Source: a virus. Taken from it: a DNA stretch of 64,000 nt. The position numbers and the translations under genes are program-made. Position 1 is the stretch's first letter; the number at the start of each line of letters is the position of its first letter. The notes beneath the pieces are model-generated. The model did no database searches. It was not told where the DNA came from and worked only from the letters and a program-made list of their open reading frames with translations. Shown one piece after another: positions 9,968-18,753 of the stretch. The DNA lies in IMG/VR virus record IMGVR_UViG_3300045988_129927. The stretch is one strand, 5' to 3'.

Positions 9968-11953
9968 TTAGTAGTTGTTACCACTAGCGTTTACGGCACT
10001 ACTCCAGCGTGCACCAAACAGAGAGCTACGTTGTGTGTTGCTTGAAGTTTGGTTAGACAGGATAGAACGACCCAAAGATTCAATCATTGCTGCGCCAATG
10101 TAGTTTGCAAACATGGTTTGACCGAAGTTAGCCACAGCGTTGCGGTTAATCAGACGTGGGCCTACTTCCAACATACATTGATGTACAGCGCGAGCGTAGA
10201 TGTTTTCAATTTCCAAACGTACACCGTAACCTACGATACGAGCGTGTGGCAACAGAGTACCTACGATTTCTTGTTGAATACCAATGCCTTGTTGTACTTC
10301 CAGTCGCACGTCAGATTGAGCACCTACCAATGCACGAGTGAATTCCAGGTTTTCTTTAATGCCGTTAACGTTATTGTCCAAGAACAAACGGTCAACGTCT
10401 TGCAGAGAACGCAATTCGTTAGTTTGTGCATTGTGGTATTGACCTACCAGGTAACGACGATTTGGCAGAGTAAACACCACACGACCAGTACCACCCAAAG
10501 AAGAGTAAACTTCTTTAAAGCGACCGCCGAACAAGTGGTTAGTTACAGCCAAGATTTTAGCATTTTCAGAATCAGGTTGTACTGCAACATGGTCTTCTTC
10601 AAACGCTGCGTTTACAAAGTCAGCCATCATCCATTCAGTAGGAGTACCCAAACCTACATCGATTGCAAATGATGTAGAATCCAAGAAGTAACGACCAATG
10701 ATGTCCAAGTAATCATTTTCAGATACATTTGGGTCAGTGGCTGGAGTTGGGAATGGGGCGAACTCAGGCAGACGGAACATTTCAGAGGCTTCGTAACCCA
10801 AACCTGCGATTGAATGCTGCCAATCGTTAGGATGTTTCAGTGGGTTCAATGCTTCGTAGATGTACCAGTAGTCTGCAAATGTAGCGCCAATACCTACACC
10901 CAATGCATAGATGATATTACCCAAAGATTGTGCGCGAGTTGGCATCAAGCTGGTAAATACATTTACTGGCAAGAAGATTTGCTCGTCAGTAGATTGAGCC
11001 AATTTCTTACGTGCCCATGGAGAGTCAACGTGAGTAGTGTTGGCTGGGTTTACCATTACTACGTCAGTGTAACCACAGATAGAGAATACTTCTTTAGCTA
11101 CAGAGCCACCTACAAAACCTACATTGTTTTGTTGTACTTGGCGAGCATTTACAACATGTTGCCAATCAGCACGAACTGGGTTACCGTGGAAGTCTTTAAT
11201 CACACCACCAAGCAGCTTGCGTTCTACTTCGAGGGTTTCTTTCTTGTTGTCGTATTCCAACAAGTTAATATCCTCAAGCTTACCTTGTGCTTCGTTAAAT
11301 GCAGCGAATGCTTTCAGGGTACATGCGTTAATTGCATTCAGAAGAGCTGGTTGAATTTCTTTCTTGTCTTCGAAGTTTACGAAGTCAGTGAAGATTGGGC
11401 AACCACCAGCGAATACAACATCATTAGTACCCAAGCAATCACGAGCAGCTTGCAACAAGAATTGTACAATGTTGTCAGCTTCGAAGATTTGAGATGGGAA
11501 TGTATTGATTGTGTACGCACGTTGGCCTGGTGCATTTTGAGTGGTTTCAGTAGTCAGAGTAGAATCTGATGTACAGATTACCAGTGCATAAACGCCATGA
11601 GGGCCTTTCAGTTCTGTGTCACGGGTAGTAACCAAGAGGATGTCCATACCAAGGTCATGGTTGTTTCGGTCGAGTGGGTAGAAACCCAGTTCCAGTCGGT
11701 TAGATTGGGTGCTCTCTTTGATGATGGTTTTCATTTGTTCAACCATCTTCATCAAGCCATCGTTTACGACGGTGAAGGTAGAACCGAACAAACCTTCTTG
11801 AGAAGCGAATGTAAAGCCAGTGCGTTTAGGTTGTTGGCTTTGTGTGTTGTTGCTGGTAGTGTTACCAGAGTTGCTGTTACCGGCGATTTTGCCGATGTCT
11901 TCCATGCTATTAACGGAAGGTTGTTGTGGTTGGCGTTTGTCATTAATTGCCAT
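9968..11953 (-). CDS. chmA: candidate phage-nucleus shell protein (chimallin)
   Basis: 661 aa. Strong codon and G+C bias typical of a very highly expressed gene, producing many antisense shadow ORFs. Low-complexity N- and C-terminal tails (NSNSGNTTSNNTQSQQ... and ...SNQTSSNTQRSS...). Lies immediately upstream and co-directional with the RNAP beta-prime N-fragment, the phiKZ gp54-gp55 arrangement. A large AT-rich promoter region lies upstream. No diagnostic motif, so the call rests on synteny, size and expression bias. Confidence 0.55.
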   Translation of the reverse strand: MAINDKRQPQQPSVNSMEDIGKIAGNSNSGNTTSNNTQSQQPKRTGFTFASQEGLFGSTFTVVNDGLMKMVEQMKTIIKESTQSNRLELGFYPLDRNNHDLGMDILLVTTRDTELKGPHGVYALVICTSDSTLTTETTQNAPGQRAYTINTFPSQIFEADNIVQFLLQAARDCLGTNDVVFAGGCPIFTDFVNFEDKKEIQPALLNAINACTLKAFAAFNEAQGKLEDINLLEYDNKKETLEVERKLLGGVIKDFHGNPVRADWQHVVNARQVQQNNVGFVGGSVAKEVFSICGYTDVVMVNPANTTHVDSPWARKKLAQSTDEQIFLPVNVFTSLMPTRAQSLGNIIYALGVGIGATFADYWYIYEALNPLKHPNDWQHSIAGLGYEASEMFRLPEFAPFPTPATDPNVSENDYLDIIGRYFLDSTSFAIDVGLGTPTEWMMADFVNAAFEEDHVAVQPDSENAKILAVTNHLFGGRFKEVYSSLGGTGRVVFTLPNRRYLVGQYHNAQTNELRSLQDVDRLFLDNNVNGIKENLEFTRALVGAQSDVRLEVQQGIGIQQEIVGTLLPHARIVGYGVRLEIENIYARAVHQCMLEVGPRLINRNAVANFGQTMFANYIGAAMIESLGRSILSNQTSSNTQRSSLFGARWSSAVNASGNNY

Positions 11954-12285
11954 TTTGATTTCCTTTTCTTAAGAATGTTAAATTAAGCTTAATTAAACAC
12001 GGCTGTATTAGCCTTGTTTGTAATATGTAATATTGACATCAATACTACCTACTACACTTTAATGATATATTACCATAATTTTTTTAAATACATTAAAAAT
12101 TAATGTTTTCTCATGTATATAATAAAATAGATATTATATCTCCTAGGGTCGATACTCTCATGAGTATCTAATTCGTACATATTCATATATAGGTATATTC
12201 AAGTTTTATCTTAGTATAATAAATAATAAAATCTTATGATGATACTTTTATTCTATTACCTATTTAAATAAGAAAGACTATAAAT

Positions 12286-13380
12286 ATGTTTAATCTAGTC
12301 GGATTTCCTACACGGTTTCGTAAAGAGGATGTGTGGCACCTAAAATTCGCTAATCGAGTTATTGATAACCGACTAGCTAAAGCCATTAACTGGTATCGTA
12401 ATAACTACTATTACGTAGGTGGTTACCATATTCTTCACCGTATTATTGAATCATTTGCCATGCCTAAAAATATACCAGATAAATTCGTATCTGCCTATGT
12501 TTATAATAACGATAAGGCATGGTATCATGCAAATGCATTAGGTTTATCTTCAGACCGAAGTATTGGTAAATTACACTATGGTAACTTCTACGGTCCCACT
12601 ACTACAGAAATCATTACACAAGTAGATAACTATTGGGATTGGGAATATGTAAAAGAAAACTGGCAAGACTTAGTGCCTGTTACTGTTTTACGTCATGACC
12701 AAAACCATATCAGTTATAACTTAATGACCAGTAAAAACTATGTAGATAGACCTGGATTTGCTATTATTCAAATTGACATCAATTTATTGCATTTACAGTA
12801 TGCTGCGTGGTTAAGACACCATAGAGAAATAAAGTTGGTTAATCCTGACCATAAATTACCTAATACAGGATATTTCTTAGGAATGTGTGTTTTACCTAAT
12901 ATGTTACCTAGCCACATTAACCAAGTAATTATCAATAAGAATATCTTATTGACAGATGACTCTATGGCTAAGACTATTGATTATGCTGGTACTTCTTTTT
13001 ACATAAACAATAATAGTAAAGAGTTAGATAAAGATATTGAAGATATTTGGATAATGGCTAGAAAGGGTAACTACCCTATTGAGAAGATAGCTGCTAATAT
13101 TCATGGTGTAGGTGATATAAGGGCATTAGAGTTTATGGATACACCTAAGATATTGTTAACCAGACAAAATAAATGGATATATGTATTGGCTATGAGTAGG
13201 TTCTTAAAGCATTGTCTATTAACACCTGCTATTACTGATAAAAACGTTAATAGTGGTTATTTAACACGCTTAAGACAGGAATTGATTTCTCTTAATGGTG
13301 GGCGTGTATTTAAGGACAGTAGGATTTCTGATTTACATGATTTATATGTTGAAGAAATTGAATGGTTATTTAAACTATAA
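12286..13380 (+). CDS. hypothetical protein (364 aa)
   Basis: ORF divergent from the chimallin candidate across a 330-bp AT-rich region. Confidence 0.8.
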   Translation: MFNLVGFPTRFRKEDVWHLKFANRVIDNRLAKAINWYRNNYYYVGGYHILHRIIESFAMPKNIPDKFVSAYVYNNDKAWYHANALGLSSDRSIGKLHYGNFYGPTTTEIITQVDNYWDWEYVKENWQDLVPVTVLRHDQNHISYNLMTSKNYVDRPGFAIIQIDINLLHLQYAAWLRHHREIKLVNPDHKLPNTGYFLGMCVLPNMLPSHINQVIINKNILLTDDSMAKTIDYAGTSFYINNNSKELDKDIEDIWIMARKGNYPIEKIAANIHGVGDIRALEFMDTPKILLTRQNKWIYVLAMSRFLKHCLLTPAITDKNVNSGYLTRLRQELISLNGGRVFKDSRISDLHDLYVEEIEWLFKL

Positions 13381-13403
13381 AAAATAAGATATAGATAAGT
13401 ATA

Positions 13404-13433
13404 CTCTACTCTACCTTAATAGGTAGAGTAGAG
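13404..13433. terminator. bidirectional stem-loop terminator between convergent genes
   Basis: ctctactctacc / ggtagagtagag, perfect 12-bp stem with 6-nt loop. Confidence 0.65.
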
Positions 13434-13439
13434 ATATAT

Positions 13440-13829
13440 TTACTTACTTTCTTTAAGTTTGTAATCTTTATCGATTGAATGAATGGCTTTATTAACAGTA
13501 TCAGAATCAAGAGCATGACCTACAGCTTCTGAAGCAACCATAGCGTACATGGTTTCTTTATTTGGAATAACGATATTGAGAAGAATAGTGAATACTACAA
13601 ATCCACCTAATACACCCCAAAATTTCTTATTTAGGTTTTTCCAAAACTCATTGATTTCTTCTTTATTAAGATATTCGTTTTCTTTAACGTATCCATCTTT
13701 ATCGATGTAAATAAAGTATAATACCTTAACAGCAAATGCTATAGCAATAGCTACAGTAATACCACCAAATACTTCACGTATTCTATTTACTACATAGACA
13801 ATATAAATCCATAAAGTCAAATCATTCAT
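13440..13829 (-). CDS. small membrane protein (2 predicted TM helices), paralog of 13822..14172
   Basis: Hydrophobic segments ITVAIAIAFAVKVLYFIYI and VLGGFVVFTILLNIVI; shares the NIVIPNKETMY / NIVVPSKQTIY motif with its neighbour. Confidence 0.7.
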   Translation of the reverse strand: MNDLTLWIYIVYVVNRIREVFGGITVAIAIAFAVKVLYFIYIDKDGYVKENEYLNKEEINEFWKNLNKKFWGVLGGFVVFTILLNIVIPNKETMYAMVASEAVGHALDSDTVNKAIHSIDKDYKLKESK

Positions 13830-14172
13830 TTTTGGTTTCCTTTTTAATATCTTTTAACTCTTTATCAATCTTCAATTCTAGAAGTTCGATGGTTTTTTGA
13901 GCAATAGGTTGGTCTAAGATAACATCAGTGGTTTTAACACCTAACATGATATAAATCGTTTGTTTACTAGGTACAACGATATTAATAATAACAGAAACTA
14001 CCAATACGATACTAGCTGTTATAAATTGCCATCTAGGTGCATGTATGTTATCTGTCTTCAAACCTATTAATAGCCACAGAATAAGTGTAGATACACATAT
14101 CAATACAAAAGCGGTAACTTTTATTGTACCTACGATATCTGCTAGGTATACACCCCAGAATATACTATTCAT
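13822..14172 (-). CDS. small membrane protein (2 predicted TM helices), paralog of 13440..13829
   Basis: Hydrophobic segments VTAFVLICVSTLILWLLIGL and ITASIVLVVSVIINIVV; overlaps the downstream paralog by 8 nt. Confidence 0.7.
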   Translation of the reverse strand: MNSIFWGVYLADIVGTIKVTAFVLICVSTLILWLLIGLKTDNIHAPRWQFITASIVLVVSVIINIVVPSKQTIYIMLGVKTTDVILDQPIAQKTIELLELKIDKELKDIKKETKNE

Positions 14173-14184
14173 TTTGATTTCCTA

Positions 14185-16371
14185 TTAATAATAATCAGAA
14201 ATTAGTTTAGTTACATTCTTATCCAAGAAGAACATACCTACTGCTTCTAATGCGATATAGTAAGGGCTACAAATATTTGCTACCAATTCTCGCTTAGCTA
14301 CATAAGGGATAATCTCTTTTGGAATAGACTTACCTACGAATACTTCATACGGGATATTGATGGTACCTAATACATCTTTACCACGTCTTTGCATATTCTT
14401 CCTAATCTTATCTGCTAATTCTTGATTTTCAAATGAGTCTAAGAACTCTTTCATTTTAGTCTTATTGTTAATACTTAGTTTTACATCAAATGCACTATAA
14501 GGTGGAGGTGCTGTAAAACCGTAATAATGACCAAATGTTTCATTCCAGAAGGTATAGTGAGCATAAGGTGAATTCTCACCATCATTCTTATACGCTTCCT
14601 CGTCTTTAATCTGTTTAGACCGATAATATTCTACATCACCTTGGTCTACAATTCTGAAAATCTTTCTTTCTTCATCAGCAATTTCTTTAAGAATGCTGGT
14701 TAATTTAATAGAATAATTGTCTAGCTTTCTTTCTGCTCTCTCTTTAATACTATAAAGACGAAGCATAATATCTTCAGCATGGTTAATAATTTCTTGAGGT
14801 GAGTTAGAGTTCTTTAAGTGAACACCTTTCTTCTCAATAGAAATCTTACTATATACGTTGCCTTCTTGATAGTTAATCGAAGCAATATAGTGTTTGGTTT
14901 TACCCATGGAAGCGAATGTATCAAAACTAAACTCATTCTTCATGGAGATTAAAGACCATTTCTTCTTAGAGACACCTAAGTTAAAAGACATAATAGCCAA
15001 ATGATGTTTTAAAGTAGCATCTACTAAACCTACAATATTTGCAAATACAGGGAAACGCAAGGTTTCGTCATTGGTTTCATCTACAATCCAGTTTGTCCAA
15101 CCTTGTGTGGTAAACATAGAGGAATCTGTATCTGACATCAATACTACTTTCCTTAAGCTATTTGGGAACATAGCAAGAGATGGTGGGATATGATTACTTC
15201 TTAAGAATGTCGTAATATAATCACTGTATAATTCAAAAGTTTGGTAGATATTAACAATACAGCTACTGATTTTTAAAATAGTATCTGTATCTACGTATTG
15301 GTCTTCTTTCAAACCTTTTACTAAATCAGCATTAATCTGGATACCAATATTACGAATAGATTCTTTTGCTTTACTGAAGATGGTTTTAGCATCAGCAATA
15401 GTCATGTCAGAATCAGGTACTTTATTGGTCGCTAAACGAATAATAAACTTTTTCATGAATTCTGGATTATACTTACGCATTAAATACATGTCGTAAGTAA
15501 ATGCAATAGAAGCTCTTTGTTCTCGATTACATTTCTTTAAGAATTCTAAAATTATTTGTTCTTTTTCAGACCATCTCCAATATAGACGTGTAGAGTTTAA
15601 TATGTCTTCAAATAACTCTTCAGCTGTAGGGACATAAAGGTTATTATCATTAAGAAACTTCTCAATCTTATCTTCATCAATTCGATAAGTTAGTACACAA
15701 AGGTTATTAATGGTAATGTCTGGATTATGATAATGGCGATTACCACCCAATAGCTTCTCATTATTGGCATTAGCGTAACCTGAAGTCATCCGACAAGTAG
15801 AAGTAAGGATAGGGTGCATAGAGGCCATGTAGATAGGCGTAGAAACGATAGAAGAAGCACCAGAGATGGAGTTAATAGAACGTTTAATATTGTTCTGCCC
15901 GTTATTAGCAAATGCTTCACCTACTTTATCACCTTCTTGTTTCTTTTGAAACTGGAGTTTCTTTAATTTTTTACGCTTAGGGATTTGGTGGTCTACATAT
16001 TCCGAAATATAAGATAATTTTTTATCTTGACTAACAAATGTCGTAAATGTCGCTGTTAATACTTCATTCTCTTTTAAAGTAGAGTTAATATAAGTTAATA
16101 AACTAGTTCTGTCTTTAACTCGGTCACCATATTCATCTTTACGAACATAAGTTACCATTGGGTTTCTAATAGGATATTTACCTTCTTTACCAATGGTTTT
16201 CTTAACAAATGTTTCTGCTTCTTCTATAGAGATATCTTCCATGATGTGTAAGAATTGAACTTGTTGCTCGATATACTGACCAATTGGGTCAATATCTCGT
16301 TTATATTCATCTACTGGAAGAATGAATAAATCTCTATCAAAATCTATATTTATTCTATCTAGATAAGACAT
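14185..16371 (-). CDS. family-B DNA polymerase, polymerase-domain (palm/fingers/thumb) fragment
   Basis: KRSINSISGA fits motif B (Kx3NSxYG); VVLMSDTDSSMF fits motif C (DTDS); GKTKHYIA fits the KxY motif. A possible degenerate motif A (IDFDRDLF) lies at residues 9-16. No exonuclease motifs are present in this ORF. Confidence 0.55.
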   Translation of the reverse strand: MSYLDRINIDFDRDLFILPVDEYKRDIDPIGQYIEQQVQFLHIMEDISIEEAETFVKKTIGKEGKYPIRNPMVTYVRKDEYGDRVKDRTSLLTYINSTLKENEVLTATFTTFVSQDKKLSYISEYVDHQIPKRKKLKKLQFQKKQEGDKVGEAFANNGQNNIKRSINSISGASSIVSTPIYMASMHPILTSTCRMTSGYANANNEKLLGGNRHYHNPDITINNLCVLTYRIDEDKIEKFLNDNNLYVPTAEELFEDILNSTRLYWRWSEKEQIILEFLKKCNREQRASIAFTYDMYLMRKYNPEFMKKFIIRLATNKVPDSDMTIADAKTIFSKAKESIRNIGIQINADLVKGLKEDQYVDTDTILKISSCIVNIYQTFELYSDYITTFLRSNHIPPSLAMFPNSLRKVVLMSDTDSSMFTTQGWTNWIVDETNDETLRFPVFANIVGLVDATLKHHLAIMSFNLGVSKKKWSLISMKNEFSFDTFASMGKTKHYIASINYQEGNVYSKISIEKKGVHLKNSNSPQEIINHAEDIMLRLYSIKERAERKLDNYSIKLTSILKEIADEERKIFRIVDQGDVEYYRSKQIKDEEAYKNDGENSPYAHYTFWNETFGHYYGFTAPPPYSAFDVKLSINNKTKMKEFLDSFENQELADKIRKNMQRRGKDVLGTINIPYEVFVGKSIPKEIIPYVAKRELVANICSPYYIALEAVGMFFLDKNVTKLISDYY

Positions 16372-16475
16372 AGTTAGAACTCCTGTTAATATTAATCACT
16401 ATCAAAAAAGATAAGATACCAATAATATTTACTATACACCAACCATAAGGTCGGCGTATAGTAAGTTAGTTTAAA

Positions 16476-16841
16476 TTAAACTTCAGTGGCACTACCTGAG
16501 CGAGCATTACGGCGAGATTCCTCACCAGTTACAGCATCACCGGCACCTGCGCGACCTGCTTCGGCATTTACTGGAGGTACGAAGTTAGCGCGGTTGGTAG
16601 CTGCATCACTACCAGTTTCTTCTTTACCAGCTTTACCATCAGCTTTTTCTTCTTTAGCTGGTGGTAATTCACCACGATACATTGCTTTACGGTTTTTCAC
16701 CAATTGGTCATTGTGTTCGTCTTTAGGCAAAGTCTCATCATTGTAAACAACTTTCAGACCAGCAATCAAAGTAGAATCAGATTCCAAAGGTTTCTCAGTA
16801 GGTTCTAGCTCAATAGGGAGCTTAGGGAATTTTTTAGACAT
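16476..16841 (-). CDS. hypothetical small protein with G+C-rich, Ala/Gly/Glu-rich disordered C-terminal half
   Basis: 121-aa ORF with a good start context. Composition is strikingly G+C-rich for this genome and gives an antisense shadow ORF. Confidence 0.65.
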   Translation of the reverse strand: MSKKFPKLPIELEPTEKPLESDSTLIAGLKVVYNDETLPKDEHNDQLVKNRKAMYRGELPPAKEEKADGKAGKEETGSDAATNRANFVPPVNAEAGRAGAGDAVTGEESRRNARSGSATEV

Positions 16842-16920
16842 TATAATATCCTTTTTTCAATTTAAAGATTAACATTAATCGAGTATCCATCGACCTCATA
16901 AAAACATAATAAACTATTTC

Positions 16921-16950
16921 CCTCTAGAGTAGGATATCCTACTCTAGAGG
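16921..16950. terminator. 30-nt perfect palindrome (stem-loop)
   Basis: cctctagagtaggatatcctactctagagg; forms the boundary of the ORF-free block 16951..17342. Confidence 0.55.
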
Positions 16951-17342
16951 TACTATAGCTTTTCTTTTCATCAACTTCTCTTAAAAGGAAACCAAAACGA
17001 TTCAGTGATTACCGTCCCTGTTTAATACACTGATTGAGGTGGTCGTTAGGTCATTATCCACCTATGGAAATTTTCGGTACTTGTATTCGCTTCCATGTGT
17101 AGCCTAATTCCAGCGGAGAGTGAACGAGGAGTGGCCGGATGTGACTAGTTATAGAATTTCTATCTATCGTAAAACTTTGTTTAGAAGTGTACCGAGGGAT
17201 TACCCTTACAATAGATATTCAGCCTTATTGTTTCTTCAACTATCAAAGGCAAACGAATAAAATCAACTTTAAATAAACAAACTAGGAAAATACGAACGAA
17301 GCAATTAGTCTTAAAAATCACTTTATTCATATATAGTGTAAA
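16951..17342. other. ORF-free, G+C-elevated intergenic block; candidate structured RNA or long structured 3' UTR
   Basis: About 390 bp without any credible ORF in an otherwise gene-dense genome. Local helices: tcagtg/cactga, aggtgg/ccacct, atggaa/ttccat. Long-range tcggtac(17074-80)/gtaccga(17189-95). Confidence 0.3.
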
Positions 17343-17786
17343 TTAACGTTCTGATAATACGATTGAAATATCAGTATATCCTTGCATGGTTAATGCCTTA
17401 CGAATAATTTCAACGTCATTATTAGACACACCATTAATAGTCACTGTAATCTTATTAGGAGACGTTTCTTGAATAGTAGAACGATTAATCCAATCCATTG
17501 CATAGATTGTTTCTTTACCGTCTACACTCACTAGCTTGACATAAGTCATGTCAAATGGATTATTATTATAACCTGGTGGTAGGTGTGGTTTCATTCTTTC
17601 ATGGAATGACTTAATGTCTAGACCTGAAGAAATGGCTGTTTGTGCATTCATTACTGCTAGACACTCTACGTTAATTAAGCGAGTACCTAGTACTTCTGGT
17701 GAATAGGTATCAAATGAATAGACTTTACCTACTTCTAGTTGTCGAATAGTCTTAGTTGTATTTGTCGGATTTGCTGTATTTGTCAT
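17343..17786 (-). CDS. hypothetical protein (147 aa)
   Basis: ORF in the same-strand gene string. Confidence 0.75.
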   Translation of the reverse strand: MTNTANPTNTTKTIRQLEVGKVYSFDTYSPEVLGTRLINVECLAVMNAQTAISSGLDIKSFHERMKPHLPPGYNNNPFDMTYVKLVSVDGKETIYAMDWINRSTIQETSPNKITVTINGVSNNDVEIIRKALTMQGYTDISIVLSER

Positions 17787-17790
17787 GATT

Positions 17791-18312
17791 TTATATCCAT
17801 GGGTTATATTTAATTAAAGTAATTGAAAATTGATCCCAGTTACGAATGCGATAACACATTATTAACTGGCCATTAATTTCAATATAGAGCTTTTCATTAA
17901 TAATGGTGTTAATAATGGTAATAAAAATATTGACACTGATTTCTTTCAATGTTTCTACTTCACCGCTGTTTTTACTAAATTCAAACATTTTATCGTAAGG
18001 TGCTTCGTATATAGTACGATAGATGTTTTCTTTATTGTAGAAATATTGAAAAGGGAAGCTATTAAGTAGAGTATTAAAATACATCATGTAATCAAAAAAC
18101 TCTTGAACATTAAATCTGATTTGCTGATTTATCATTCTAAAGCATTTTAAAATAGCATTCCCATCAGTTAGGATAAACTCATCTGGTAAATTAATAAATC
18201 TATCTACTATTTCACTTTCGAGTTTTTGGTTCCTTTTTTCAATTTCATTATTAATTAAATTGCCAAGATTATTACTTCTAAAGTGATTGATGTCGTAGGT
18301 TCGATTACTCAT
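17791..18312 (-). CDS. hypothetical protein (173 aa)
   Basis: ORF; start overlaps the upstream gene by 8 nt. Confidence 0.75.
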   Translation of the reverse strand: MSNRTYDINHFRSNNLGNLINNEIEKRNQKLESEIVDRFINLPDEFILTDGNAILKCFRMINQQIRFNVQEFFDYMMYFNTLLNSFPFQYFYNKENIYRTIYEAPYDKMFEFSKNSGEVETLKEISVNIFITIINTIINEKLYIEINGQLIMCYRIRNWDQFSITLIKYNPWI

Positions 18313-18715
18313 GGATTATCTCTAGTATAGTTAAGTCAAACACTGATACGACTTTATTATCTTCTAGATAACTGCTTCGATAATGACTCTTTTCTAAATA
18401 CTCAAATAAACAACTAACAATATCTATTAAACAAGATTTTATTCGTAGGTAAGCAGATGATACTATTGGTGTGTTTTGATAAAGAGGTAAACTTACTGAG
18501 AATGCTTCTGTAAACAAAATAACTTCAGCGATTTCTGCAGCGATTTGTTTAATATCTAAATCTTCATGTAATTTAGAAATTGCTTGGCGTATGATGAAAT
18601 CAATAACTGCCAGTTTGTTAATAGATTCCTGTACAATGTTTTCAATAATATTGCACACTGTATCTAGACTATCTGGAATTTCTACTTTATTGATTTTAAA
18701 ACTTCCTAATGACAT
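18305..18715 (-). CDS. hypothetical protein (136 aa)
   Basis: ORF in the same-strand gene string. Confidence 0.75.
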   Translation of the reverse strand: MSLGSFKINKVEIPDSLDTVCNIIENIVQESINKLAVIDFIIRQAISKLHEDLDIKQIAAEIAEVILFTEAFSVSLPLYQNTPIVSSAYLRIKSCLIDIVSCLFEYLEKSHYRSSYLEDNKVVSVFDLTILEIIHE

Positions 18716-18753
18716 AATGGTTTACCTCTTATAATGAATAAAAGTTAAGTTGG

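Noticed and set aside
10049-11986. Several long plus-strand ORFs (10049..10672, 10156..10341, 10814..11569, 11124..11354, 11597..11986) inside the chimallin candidate gene
   Set aside because: They are antisense shadow ORFs created by the G+C-rich, codon-biased minus-strand gene. They have no start context, their products are Cys/Phe/Val-rich nonsense, and they overlap a far longer and better-supported ORF.
16951-17342. Possibility that the ORF-free block is a fourth group I intron. On the minus strand it contains CTAACGACC, the 9-mer found near the 3' end of all three RNR introns, plus ACTAGTC and GCTGGAA fragments.
   Set aside because: The fragments are not colinear with the intron family. 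There is no AAAC start or P1 pairing with the upstream gene end. All three frames downstream close within a few codons, so there are no exons to join. It is kept only as a generic structured-RNA candidate.
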